Below are positions 46,125 through 61,251 of a stretch of 64,000 nucleotides of DNA, in pieces. The notes under the pieces were generated by a model. That model searched no databases. It had not been told where the DNA came from and was given only the letters and a program-made list of their open reading frames with translations. Position 1 is the stretch's first letter, and every line of letters begins with the position of its first letter. This DNA comes from the human T2T-CHM13v2.0 reference genome, Homo sapiens, in NCBI RefSeq assembly GCF_009914755.1, contig NC_060947.1; one strand, 5' to 3'. Made by a program: the position numbers and the translations under genes.

Positions 46125-47696
46125 TTACCAAAATTAAAAGCTGATTGTTTATAAAGATAAAAAATGATAAGCCACCAGCCAAACCAAGAAAAAGAAAAAA
46201 GAGTCAGATAAGTAAAATCAGAAATGAAAAAAGAGACATTAAAACTGATACCACAGAAATAAAAAGAAGATCATTAGAGGCAATTATGAACAACTATACA
46301 CTGACACTGGAAAATGTAGAGAAAAAGAAGAAATTCCTGGACACATACGGCCTATCATGATGCAATCCAGAACAAACAGAAAACCTTAACGGACCAATAA
46401 CAAGTAATGAGATTAAATCCGTTTTTAAAAATCTCTCAACAAAGAAATGTTCAGGTCCAGATAACTTCACTGTGAATTCTACCAAGCATTCAAAAGAAAA
46501 CTAACACCAATTTTTCTCAAACTATTCTTAAAAAGTAAGGAGGAAGGAATTCTCACTAACTCATTCTATGAGGACAGCATTACCCTGATATCAAAACAAG
46601 ACAAGAATGCACAAAAAGAAACCTACTGGCCAATATCCCTCATGTCCACAGATGCAAAAATTCTTAACAAAATACCAGAAAACTGGATCCAAAGTGCTTC
46701 AACAAAATAATGCATCATGATTAAATTAAATAGGATTTATCCCAGTGATTCAAAGACGATTCAACATATGCAAACAATAAATGAAATACATCAAATCAAT
46801 GGAATGAAGAACAAAAAAAGATAATATGAATAGATGCAAGAAAATATTTGATAAAAATTAACTCTTTCATAATAAAAACTCAAACAGTGACAGAGGAAAT
46901 AACCCTAAACACAATAAAGATTATATATGACAAACCCACAGCTAACATACTGAATGTGGAAAAGCTAAAATTATTTCCTTTAAGAACTAGGACAAGAATT
47001 CTCACTTTCAACACTCACATTCAACATCATACTAGAAATCCCGGCCAGATAAATCAGGTAAGAGGAGACAACGAAAGGCATTCAAATTGAAAAAAAAAAA
47101 AAAAAAAAAAAAAAGTCAAATTGTCCATCTTTGCTGATGATATGATCTTACACCTCAAAAAAAAAAAAAAAGAAAAAAGAAAAAACTAAAGACTCCACCA
47201 AAAAATTATTAGATCTAATAAATAAATGTAGTAAATTTGCAGGACACAAAATCAAAATACAAAAATCTATAGCAATTATATATATCAGTAATGAATTACC
47301 TGAGAGAAAAAAATCAAGAAAGCAAACCCATTTAAAATAGCTACAAAAATACAATATACTGAGAAATAAATGTAACAAAAGAGATGAAAGTTCTCTGCAT
47401 GCAAATCTGCAAAACATTTATGACAAAAATTGAAGAGGACACAAACAAATGGAAAGACATCCCATGCTCATCGATTGAAAGAATTAATATAATTAAAATG
47501 ACAATACTGCCCAAAGAAATCTACCAATCTATGCAACCCATATCAAAATACCAAAGTCATATTTCACACAAAAAGAAAAAAATATAAAGTGTATATGGAA
47601 CCCCAAAAGCCTTGAAGGTCAATGCAATCCTAAGTGAAAAAGAATAATCCAGAGGCATCACACAAGCTGATTTCAAAATATATTACAAAAAAATGC

Positions 47697-48515
47697 AGGA
47701 GGTTGAGCAAGATCACTAGATAGATCCTTCTAGCAATTGTACCTCTGCAGGAACACCAAATTGAAAAAGTAAAAAGGAATATCTTCATGAGAACCAAAAA
47801 ATCATATAAGCAATCATAGTACATGGTGTTAACCTAATATGAAGGAAAGTGGTACTGAAGAAGATAGAAAGAACAATCTTGTATTGCCTACACCATTCCT
47901 CCCCCATCCCACAGCAGTGCTGTATGGAGAGGTATTGTGTGAGCCTGAGGGAGAAACAGCAAAGTGATTGTAAGACTTGGCATTGGAACTTAGTGCTGCT
48001 CTGTAACAGTGCGATGCAACATAAGGCAGAATTCTGCCAACACCCATGGAAAAAGCATTCAGACCAGCTCTGAATCAATGACAATTCTTAATGTCAGCAG
48101 GAGAAAGCCAAGAAATACCTGGCTCCACCACTAGCTGGCTAGTGTGGCCCCTGGGACCTAGAATTAATTTGTGTATCCATCATGCCACAAGGACTGTAGT
48201 CCTTGTCCAAGCCCTGGTTATGTGCTGGAGTTGGAGGCAGTGGACTTGGAATGCAGAAGACCCAGTGAAACATCAGCTGTGGCAGTCAAGGTAGTGACTG
48301 TATAACACCGCCCGAATTCCAGGAAGTGCAGATCACAGATAGAATCTCCTTCCACTTTAGAAGATGACAGGGAAGAGTACAGAGAAGTTTATCTTGCAAC
48401 TAAGGTACCAGTTTAGCCATATTGAAATAAAGCACCAAGCAGATTACTGAAGCTACAGATTTCAGGCTTTAGCTACTGGACAGCATTTCTAGACCCACAC
48501 TGGACCAAAAGAAAA
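47697..48515 (+). mobile_element. L1M (L1MA1-3-type) 5'UTR, first part
   Basis: Starts gagcaagatc...ctgcaggaacaccaaattgaa and overlaps in sequence with 62783-63000. Confidence 0.75.
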
Positions 48516-48519
48516 CTTT

Positions 48520-49025
48520 GAAAATTGGTGCTGATTTTGGAACATTTGGTAGAATTCATCAGTGAAGATAGCTGATTGTGGGCTTGTTTTGGTATGGGAA
48601 GTTTTTGATTATTGCTTAAATTTCCTTACTAGTTATAGTCCAGTTCAGAATTTTTTTCATTTCTTTGTGATTCATACAGACTAGGTTGTATGTTTATAAG
48701 TTTATCGTTTTTTCCTATATTATTCAATTTGTTAGTTATAATTTTTATTGTAGCGTTTTATACTCCTTTTTATCTCTGTCACATCAGTTCTTATATCCCC
48801 TCTTTCATTTCTAAATTCAGTTATTTGAGTCTTCTACTTTTTGTAATATTCTAACTAAAGATTTGTCAATTTTATTGATCTTGTCAAAAAACTATCTTTT
48901 GGTTTTGCTTATTTTTTTCTATTGCTTTTCTGTTCTCTAATTTATCTCTTCTCTAATCTTTATTAATTATTCTTCTTCTGCTAATATTGGGTTCAATTTG
49001 TTTTCCTCTTCTAGTTCTTTGAGGG
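48520..49025 (-). mobile_element. Old L1M ORF2 fragment
   Basis: tttggtagaattcatcagtgaag, tttgtcaattttattgatcttgtcaaaaaac and ttctagttctttgagg are the reverse complement of L1 ORF2. Confidence 0.8.
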
Positions 49026-50574
49026 CTTGTGAATGTTTCCTAAGTGAAACAACATGCATGTTTCTGCTTAGGAAATCCCTCTAGTGTCGCTCTGCGATAT
49101 TGCAGCCTCTAAGTGGGGGCAGTAAGCTATAGAACTGAAGCCTGCTAACTCTAGTTGTAGAATTAGTCATGTTCTTGTTTTCAGTGGTCTGCAATTTAGC
49201 CACTTATTCTTGTCATCACTTAGATGCAGGCAAGTTAGAAAATAGTTGCTTGGACAGCACCATGAGAAGTCAAAATGTTAGCTGTGGATTCCACTCCTTT
49301 CCATTTCAAAGGAGAAGTTAGAAATTAGGGATTTCCTCCCAATCACATTGTACTGTACTGGGGAAGGAGGTGCTCTGTTGAGTAAATGCCATATTTTCTT
49401 TTTCCTGGCTTCAGCTCACCTTGGTGCAGGAACCTTTTAACTGGTTTTTGGATTTGTCACAAAGGCTACTGACTCATATGTTTTAGTTAAATTCTTGTTT
49501 CCTTGGGTGAAGAAGCATATGGGGCTTTAATATTCTGCCACCCTGCTGAAGTTACTGCTTACATCATGCAGTGTTTCAGAATGGTCAATCTGACTGAAAG
49601 TTGTAATAGAGATCTTAAAAAATATTATTTATTTTTGAATAAACAAAAATTTTTCATGAGGCCACTACATCTAAATTTCCATGTAAAGCATCCAATGGCC
49701 ATGAAGTGTTGATAATCTGGATAGATTCCTTATGGTTTCTATGGGTCTGCTAACCAGAGAAGGCCAATTCCAGATACCTGATAAATAATTAAAGATATGC
49801 TTCAAAACCATATAAATAAAACATGTCCAGGGAAAAGTCATGAAATCTCAAGCACTTTTAAATTGAATTACTTCCCCTTTGTGATTTTATTATCTTGCTT
49901 TATCCTGAAGATTCCATTAAGTGGCTGCTGGGTATATACAGCGAAGTAATATTTTCAGGATTTCACTGTTTCTATTTGATGGTAAGGTGAATTAAATCCA
50001 CTTATTTAAATTTTAAGGCATTAGTAGAAGGCAAGCTCATTAGGAATGGATGTGCATATGTTCTGAAAAATGCAGATGAGCCTTTATGAATCTTCATTTG
50101 CAGAAATGTGACAATCATTTATCAGAAATTCCCAATTTTTCCAGTTGGCACTGATAACTTTAAGGCTCAGATGAAGAACTCATGGAAATGAGTCATCAAA
50201 ATCATGAAATATTTTTGGTTTGTTTGTTGAAAGGTTCATGTCAATGAGAGTGAGGTATATTTGATGTATACATTTCTTATCAAAGGTCACATAAGTGGGA
50301 CAGGAAGAATGACCCCAGCATTGACATGAGAGATCTAGAAGTAATATTAGCCACATTGAGAAGGTAGCTGCTTGTAAAGGGAGGAACAAATCATTGGGCA
50401 GGATGCTCTAAGGTAGCAAAGGACTCCACATAGTGTTACAGAATATCCTATAACATTACAAGGGTAAATGAAAAGGGCTATTAGGACTAAAATTAAAATC
50501 AATTCCAGTGCTTACTAGTAAATATTAGCCTATTGTGGTCCTCCAGAATTCTGGTTTAGAATAATATTCGCACA

Positions 50575-50685
50575 CTTAAATTGTCAAATTAGCAATATCA
50601 GTGATATACACCTCAAAGAGTTATTTTGAGAATGAAATAAGATAATATGTAGGAAATATGCAGCAGAGTCACTACCTAAAGGTGG
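50575..50685 (+). mobile_element. MIR core fragment
   Basis: acctcaaagagttattttgagaatgaaataagataatatgtagga resembles the MIR core. Confidence 0.55.
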
Positions 50686-50845
50686 GGTGTATGGCAGCAT
50701 GGGGAATTGCTAATACACATATACACATTCCAATATAAAATACCTTTTTGAATCATGGCAATGATAACAGTGTAGTATAATGAGCCAAAGATGACCTATG
50801 TGTATTGAACCCTAGGTTGTTTAATTCTTTTCTCCTGTGTGTGTG

Positions 50846-51535
50846 TTTTTTTTTTAATTTTCATTTTTCTTTATTTCTTCTAAAAAAAAAAAAACAGGAT
50901 ACATGTGCAGAATGTGCAGGTTTGTTACATAGGTATACATGTGCCATGGTGGTTTGCTGTACCCAGTGACCCATCCTCTAAGTTTTCTCCCCTCGTCCCC
51001 CAATCCTGCATAGAATTCCATGGTGTATATGTACCACATTCTCTTTATCCAGTCTCTCATTGATGGGCCTTTGGGCTGGTTTTATGTCTTTGCTATTGTA
51101 AATAGTGCTGCAATAAACACATGTGTGCATGTGTCTTTATAGTAGAATGATTCATATTCCTTTGGGTATATACCCAGTAATGCGATTGCTGGGTCAAATG
51201 GTATTTCTGGTTCTAGATCCTTGATGAGTCACCATACTGTTTTCCACAATAGTTGAATTAATTTACATTTCCACCAACAGTGTAAAAGCGTTCCTATTTC
51301 TCCACAGCCTCGCCAGCATCTAATGTTTCTTGACTTTTTAATAATCGCCATTCTGACTGGCGTGACATGGTATCTCATTGTGGCTTTGATTTGCAATTCT
51401 CTGATGATCAGTGATGTTGAACTTTTTAAAATATATTTGTTGGCCACGTTAATGTCTACTCTTGAGAAGTGTCTGTTCATATCCTCTGCCCACTTTTTGA
51501 TGGGGCTGTTTTTTTCTCGTAAATTTGTTTAAGTT
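50846..51535 (-). mobile_element. L1PA8-like 3' end fragment with an internal deletion
   Basis: tttatttcttctaaaaaaaa...ggatacatgtgcagaatgtgcagg 3'UTR and ORF2 C-terminal remnant (51229-51480). The sequence jumps at about 51006. Confidence 0.85.
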
Positions 51536-51539
51536 GCTG

Positions 51540-53400
<1,861 letters not shown>

Positions 53401-53403
53401 AAG

Positions 53404-54610
53404 TGTGAACCCAAAATACCTGAGACAGGTCTCAACCAATTTAGAGAGTTTACTTTGCCAAGGTTAAGGACATGCCCATGAAACAGCCTCAAGAGGTCCT
53501 AATGACTTGTGCCCAAGGTTGTCTGGGCACAGCTTGGTTTCACACATTTTAGGGAGACAGGAGACATCAATCTGTATTTGTAAGATGTACACTGGTTCTG
53601 TCCAGAAAGGCAGGAAAACTGGAGGAGGGGGAGGTGACTTCCAGGTCATAGATAAATAAGAAACAAAAGGTTGCATTCCTTTGAGTCTCTGATTAGCCTT
53701 TTACCAAATACGCAATTTACATGTGAGAGGAGGTATAGTAATAGTCACTTATCCCTTAGTCTGACCTTAGTAAAACAATAGGGTAGAGGAAGAAATCAGA
53801 CATGCCCTTGGCCTAAGAGGGATGACTTTGAGGTCTGTCTGTCCTTTGTCCACAAATAATTTCTTTGTGGGCAAATAATGAGGGAGATATGTAGCTTTTT
53901 TTTTTTGTTTTTAATCTTTGTAGCTATCTTGTTTAGGAATAAAATGGGAGACAGATTTGCCTGACATAGTCCCCAGCTTGATGTTTTTATTGGCTTAGTG
54001 ATTTGCCGGGGGTGGGGGGGGTCCCAAGATTTATTTTCCTTTGACATTTAACCCCTTTTTAAAATCTTTTGGAGAAAGCATTTTAGAAGAAAAAGAGGTT
54101 TTTTTTGTTCCAGATTTGCCTCATGGCTAGGATGGTTTTTTCCTAGACAGGTAGGTCTCACGTTATCAGGAAAGGTCATTTTTAGTAGGTTGTGAATTCT
54201 TACGTTCTACAAAGAAAAAACAGGAGGAAGAAGGGAGAAAAACAACAGCAAAAAAAATATGAAGAGCAATCCTGAAAAATCAATATAGGCCATCTTACTC
54301 TGAAGTTCATACATCAGTAGGCAGGTATGCAAGTGGTTTATATATGTAAGTAGGTTGCTGCCATTTCATTTTCTTCTGAAGTTTACCTTTTCTCGCTTCA
54401 GTTTGCAGGGCTTAAAGAAAGCACAGGTTAATTTTTGGTGATTTCAAATCAGGAAAAGTTGGGAGGGGGAAGGAAAGAAAATAAAATTGTAAGTATTATT
54501 TTGAAGACTTGTAGCCAGGAAAAATTTTAGAATTCAGTCCATGCTGTAGAAAATAATAAAAATTCAAAAACATGAGGCAAGACTAGAATCTAACAACAGG
54601 TGTACTGTAG
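53404..54610 (-). mobile_element. MER4-type (MER4A-like) 3' LTR (53404-54046) plus adjoining internal 3' end
   Basis: tgtgaacccaaaatacctgagacagg ... gggtcccaagatttattttcctttgaca, followed by the reverse-complement PPT tttaaccccttttt. Confidence 0.85.
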
Positions 54611-56426
54611 TGCAAAAGAAAAATAAATCGTGGGACCCCCAAATCACTGAGCTAAAGGGAAAGTCAAGCTAGAAACTGCTTAGGGCAAACCTGCCTCCCA
54701 TTCTATTCAGTCATCCTTCTGCTCACTGAGGTAAATGCATATCTGATTGCCTCTGTTGGAAAAGCTTATGAGAAACTCAAAAGAATTCAACCTTTGTCTC
54801 TTATCTACCTATGACCTGGAAGCCCACTCCTCAATTCTAGTCATCCCACCTTTTTTGGACCTAACCAATGTTCATCTTTCATATATTGATTTAATTCTCA
54901 TGTCTCCCTAAAATGTATAAAACCAAACCGTTCCCTGACTACCTGGGCACATGTCTTCAGGACCTCCTGAGGCTGTGTTACGGCACATGTTCTCACTTGG
55001 CAAAATAAACTTTCTAAATTTGCTGAGATCAGTCTCAGATATTTGGGGTTCACAGTTTGGTAACCATTAAGGGATTCTTAGTGGAGGTGCCCTGACATTG
55101 ACAAAACTCCTATTGGTGTCCGGTACCAGCTTGAGCTATCCTTAAGGCTCAAACTAATAGAACATTTTGCTGAGGTCTGGAAGCCACCTTCCCCCTCCCC
55201 GCCAACTTCCCCCGTGCTTCCAGAGAATCCCTGATCTTCAATAATTTGGTTAAAGTCTAAAGTGTATTTTGCTGTACAGCTCCTTTTTTTTGGAGTTTTA
55301 CTTGCTTCCAATAAGGAAGGCAAGTTTTCCTGTTTCCATGATGATGAAAGGCAGGTAACTCCTTTCTGGAGTTTGAGCTTGTTTCCAACGGGAGAAAAGT
55401 TTAAGTTTTTTCCTGCTTCTAGGATGGTAGAGAACAGTCTTCAGCCTGAGATCCATCCCTAGGTATGTAGCTGAATTGGGGTATTTTTCTTGGCTAAAGT
55501 TAAGACTAACAACAAGCTGGTCTTAATTTCTCCTTAACATTAGAGCACTCAGTAATCAGATAAATTGGGAGATCATTTGTTTTGCTTAATGGTTTCTTGT
55601 TGTTCTTTGTTTGTTTCTGTATTTGTTGTTGATTTGGTCTTTTTCCCATTGGGTTTGACCAACTCTATCCGACTTGATCAAATCCAAAGGAAAGTTCCAA
55701 ATTATGGAGAACAAGGCCTCTGAAGTGGCTAAATTTCCACACACAAAAAATAAAAATAAAAAAGATGGGGAATGGGTTGGGAGAAAAACAGCAAACAACA
55801 AAAACGATTTTTTATTTTGACTACTTAACTGGCTTTATTTACATAATAAGCCCATCTTTTTGCTAGACAAACCAAACTGAAAGAGCAAGGGCTGTCACCC
55901 CATGCTGCAGTTTCATAGCTGAGGTTCTCCTTTCTTTCTTATTTTCCCTATGACAGCCTGAGTTTGCTTCCTAAATCAAGACCTTTGTGTTTTGATACTT
56001 GTTACCTCTGAAATATCAACAATCTGTCCTAGCTAAAATGTGGTAATGATGTCAGAGGTGTTTAAACCAGAGCAACTCCATCTAAAATGGGGGATGGGTA
56101 AAATACGACTGAGACCTACTGGGCTGAATTCCCAGGAGGTTAGGCATTCTAAGTCACAGGATGATCTAGTAGGTCAGCACAAGATACAGGTTATAAAGTC
56201 TTCCTTTGCTGATAAAACAGGTTGCAGCAAAAAAAGCCGGCCAAAACCCACCAAAGCCAATTTGGGGATGAAAGTGACCTCTGGTTGTCCTCACTGCTCA
56301 TTATATGCTAATTATAATACATTAGCATGCTAAAAGCCACGCCCAACAGCACCATGACAGTTTACCAATGTCATGACAATGTCAGGAAGTCACTCTATAT
56401 GGTCTAAAAAGGGGAGGAACCCTCAG

Positions 56427-56456
56427 TTCCTAGAAGCACACATCCCTTTCCCAGAA
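56427..56456 (+). promoter_or_regulatory. Tandem GAS (STAT) motifs in the MER41 5' LTR
   Basis: TTCCTAGAA (56427-56435) and TTCCCAGAA (56448-56456) both fit TTCNNNGAA at the known MER41B STAT1 positions. Confidence 0.65.
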
Positions 56457-59400
56457 AGCTCATGAATAATCCAGCCCACGTTTAACATATAATTGAGAAA
56501 TAACTAGAAGTATCCTTAATGGAGCAGTGCAAGCCACTGCTCTGCCTATGGAGTAGCCATTCTTTTATTCCCTCACTTTCTTAATACATTTGTGTTTACT
56601 TTATGGACTTGCCTTGATTTCTTTCTTGTGTGAGATCCAAGAACCCTCCCTTGGGGTCTGGATTCAGACTCCTTTCTGGTAACATCTTTCTGGCAAACCA
56701 CTAAGGGATTATACTGAAATGACCCCCGACCCAAAGGAAAATCTTCTGTGTGCAGCACCACTTGGCCAACTTTGGGTAAGTGAGGCGCATTTAACTCGGT
56801 AAAGAATGGAATTGGGTTAGAGACCCAACTTAGAAAAGTTAGAGTCTGCCCTAAGATAGAGAGGGTTAAAGACCCCCTCTTAATAAAAGGCAAGGGTGCT
56901 TGACTGAACCTGTTTGGGGCCCAACTTAGGAAGGTTAGAGCCCTTCCTAAGATTTATGGGGTTGGAGGCCCCTCTCAGTAAAGTTCCTCTCGGCTAAAAG
57001 TGGGTTTGGCACTACTGGATGTTAACTGCTATTTTCTTTGGACTTATCTGCCTTGCACTCTTTGCTGATGGCTACGGGAGACAGAATTAAACATATTCAG
57101 GATCAAAGGACATGGCGAGCTATTTTTCCCCAAAAGGGAGACACTCGAGAGCTGATGGGACTTCTGGGTAAGATCCGTTTGTGACTGAAAAGCAGCTGCT
57201 TGAACTTTTGATTAAGTCTAACTGCAGTGGGTGGGTCTTTCTCTGGCCTCCCTGAGTTCCTCACCTTCCCCACTCTGCTTCAGGCAATGCTTTTCTCTCT
57301 TTCTCTTCTTTCCCTGTCCTATCTTTTCTGTCATTCAGGGGAACCTTCTTGCCCAGAGATCGCATGTTGAAAAATGTCCTTGGGAGCTTTGTCTTGGTCT
57401 CTGCCATATCTTGTATACATGTGGTGGTACTTTCTCTTGGTCTCTGCCATCCAGGGAAGAGGAATTTGGGGGTACATGTCATAGTTATCTCTGAAAATTA
57501 AATTGAGCAGTTAAAAGCCAATGCAATCTCAAAATTGACTGCTCTAGTCTCCTGGGAAGAGCAATAAAATATTTCCAATTCTGCAGCTTAGCAGCTAAGG
57601 CTTTGTGTTTTTCCAGTGGTGGCACAGGTTCAGGGTTCAATTCCTGGCTTAGGGAATAAGCCCTTTCTGGTTTGATATCTGCATGACATTTACCATTTGT
57701 TGATTATCTTCCCCTCCACAAACCATGTTGAATTTTTCTTTCTTTGAGGACAGAAATATTGGCCATTTGGCCTGGCTAAATTTGGGTAATAAGAAATTTA
57801 AAAGGATCTTTTTAAAAAGAGTATTACATTTAAAAGTCAGCCTAATTAAAAGAGGATATTCAAGCTCTAAAAGCCTGGGACTCCTTGTGAACAACAAGTA
57901 GTGCCACAGACCTTGTTTTGGGAAAAAACTCTTTTTTTTTTTTTTTCTCATGAAACCCCAGGAACCAGAAGTGGAGAGATCCCTTCACAATCTAAGGCTC
58001 TTTTCTCTTTTGCATTGCATTATCAGGTGTTTTTAACCCTTGGGGGGATCAGAAATTGCTCCACATTATAATAGAACTTTGGTGTGTAATAACTGGGTAG
58101 GAAATATGCTTTGGGGAATAGCTAATGACAGTTAAAGGTGAATACTTGGCTTTTCACATGTTTGGATCAGAGGAGCATGCTCTTGGCCACCTAGAAGGTA
58201 TGGCAATGTGCTCATCCCTGCCCCACACTGAGACCTAAGACTCCCATGGAAGATGGGGTAATCACAGAGTAGGTTGAGTGGCTTTGAATTGCTTTGCAGT
58301 GAAATGCACAGTAAAATCATTGCACTGTCTTGTTCTGTAGCATTTGTCTTTTTTGGGATTTAAGATATGATATAAAATGGGACCCTTAAATTTTGGGGGA
58401 TCTTTTTTGCTTTCCAGCTCTGCCTATTTATTAAGCCATAGAAACTGCATGTTTTCCTGGCCCTGTTCCTCCAAGGGCTCCACCCTGAAGCAGTAATCTG
58501 ATTAAGAACCTGGCAAATAAAAAATCTTAAAACTACTGGAACATTTCTGTCTATGTATTTATATGTGTTGTGTGTGTGTGATATGAAAGAGCTTTGATTG
58601 TTTTCAAAAATCATAAGAGCTTAAATCTAACATTCTATCAGAAAATAAAAACGAATGAATGCCTTTTAGTCCATGTGACTTTAGTAAAGTTTCAGAAATA
58701 AAAACAGTTTTGAAGATCATTGGTAAAATTCAAATGTCTTCAAAATTCAGACATTTGGTCTGAAGTAGGTTAAATATTAAGTTTGCTAGATGTGTTAGGG
58801 TCATAAACGGCTTCTTTGATTTTTGAAAATTGTTCAACCTACTTACTTTGAAGCAGATTCTAGGTAAAGCCTGGGGATATGTGGTGTTAGCCATGCCTCC
58901 TAGTTATGCTGGATAGTCAAACCTTATCTGCACTTCTTTCTGTGTCCTAGGCTCCAAAGGTAGTACATAGTTAAAATCACCTACAATCCAGGTTTTTCCA
59001 CCAATGGTTCCTAAGAGTTCTTTCTTTAGGCTGTATTTGTGAATATATGTTTTTGGTAGGTGTTCCAAAATTATTAGAAACTTCTGTAACTCTGATATAA
59101 CTTAGTGTATGCTATTAATAGTTATAATAATTGTTATGTAAAATTGTTGTATGCCACAGAAGTCACCAAAATTCTTAGTCAATTGTGGCTTTAATAGAGA
59201 CTGCCCTAAAGTGTTTTGTCATCCAGGGACAATTGTTGCCTTGTTTTTTTTTTTTTTTTTTTTTTTTTTCTTTAGAGGTGGTTTCATAATCAGCTACAGA
59301 ACTCTAATAGGTGTTCTTAAATGCAGGTTTCTGATAAATTTGGAGATTTTGATGTTAGAATAGAAGAAAAAACTTTCAGGATCTCCTGGAGTGCTGAAAT

Positions 59401-60563
59401 GTTCACGAATATCAGGCAGAACAGGAGTTAACAACATGGACTGGACTAATAGAAGACTAAAGTAATCTTTTTGACTTTTTGCTTAAAAGGATCCTCTGTT
59501 TTGTTTTTCAGAGCCAATAAAACTTTTCTTTTGAGTGATTTGCAGCTTTTAACAAGTAAGTAAAATATACTCCTGTGAACAAAATTTGGAGCATATTTGT
59601 TTCTCTCTACCTGATTTCTCCAGAATTTGGAAACTATTTGTGAGTATTCTTAACTTATGACAATATAGTTATTTGCATAAGTGCAATAAGAATGTTTTCT
59701 TTTGTAACAGGACAAAATAAAAGAAACCAGTTATTTTACCAAGGCTTTGACTGGAATGGCATGCTTTCCTTTAAGGAATCGAATTTGGCTTACAGGGCCA
59801 ATAAAAGCCCCTTGGGAAAACTGGCCTCATACCCTGTCTACACTGTCCCGTACAGGGTTCCTGACCTGTAGTAAATAAAGAATGTCACTTTCTAACAGGC
59901 CCAGGAGCCCTAGGTTATCTTGGGACCTCGAAAAAAGAGGAATTTACCTAACTGATAAATATTTGATAGTACAAACCTATGGCTAGGCTTGGCTTTGGAA
60001 AAAAACCTTATCTGAGATTCCTTTTGTGGAACAAAGTCCAATCAAAGCCAATTTAAAAAGCCTATGTGAAAAATGATTATTTTTGCTGTACTTTACACAA
60101 ATAATCAGGCTAAGTGTAAGACTATGGCGTATTTTTGCAAACAAATCAGCCCTGTTAGGATTTGTCTTTAGTAAAAATGGGAGAATGGAGAGATAGAAAA
60201 AACATATTTTAAAAACAATGGTACACTTGTTATAAAATTGTGATCTCATCAGTTATTTTTGAGTTTTCTTTCTACGATTTAGACTGAACCTGCTTATTTC
60301 TGTGAACCAACCAGTGATCTCTTATGGCTGTTCAAAAGTAACAAGAGAGGTGGGTAATGTAAAAAATCTGGATCAATATTCTAATTCTGAGCACATATTG
60401 GAATGTATAGCATGTATAGCAACTCCATATCACTTTGGTTCCAAAGTCTCCCAGTTCATGAAAAGCCTTCTTATTTAGTTTACTTGGGATAATTTTACTT
60501 ATTTTGTTTTACTGTTGTGAAATATAGTGCTGTCGTACTCTTTGCGTAGGAATGCAGGATAAG

Positions 60564-61251
60564 CTTACTGAATGTATTCTTAAATTGAACACTTATTAAT
60601 CTTCCAGATATCACCTTTTGTCATAACTCAAGTCTTATGAATGGCCCTCACCATAATGATGCTTTTTGACTGAGCTCTTCTCTAACCTGAATGCAAGAGG
60701 TTAGGCATGAATATCATCCCCCCTGTTCAGCCTGAAGAAGTTACAGAAGATGAATCTTCCACTCTCTACAGCCCTTAGGATTAAGGGTTCTCTTACTGAA
60801 TGTATTCTTAAACTGAACACTTATTAATCTTCCAGATATCACCTTTTGTCATAACTCAAGACTTATGAATGGCCCTCACCATAATGATGCTTTTTGACTG
60901 AGCTCTTCTCTAACCTGAATGCAAGAGGTTAGGCATGAATATCATCCCCCCTGTTCAGCCTGAAGAAGTTACAGAAGATGAATCTTCCTCTCTCTACAGC
61001 CCTTAGGATTAAGGGTTCTCTTACTGAATGTATTCTTAAACTGAACACTTATTAATCTTCCAGATATCACCTTTTGTCATAACTCAAGACTTATGAATGG
61101 CCCTCACCATAATGATGCTTTTTGACTGAGCTCTTCTCTAACCTGAATGCAAGAGGTTAGGCATGAATATCATCCCCCCTGTTCAGCCTGAAGAAGTTAC
61201 AGAAGATGAATCTTCCTCTCTCTACAGCCCTTAGGATTAAGGGTTCTCTTA
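60564..61251 (+). repeat. 3 x 228 bp near-perfect tandem repeat
   Basis: Units start at 60564, 60792 and 61020. Copies 2 and 3 read identical and copy 1 differs at 3 sites. CTTA lies at every junction. Confidence 0.97.

Noticed and set aside
49560-50840. Host exon in the only non-repeat-looking stretch
   Set aside because: It contains only short chance ORFs and a MIR fragment, with no convincing exon. A conserved non-coding element cannot be excluded without alignments.
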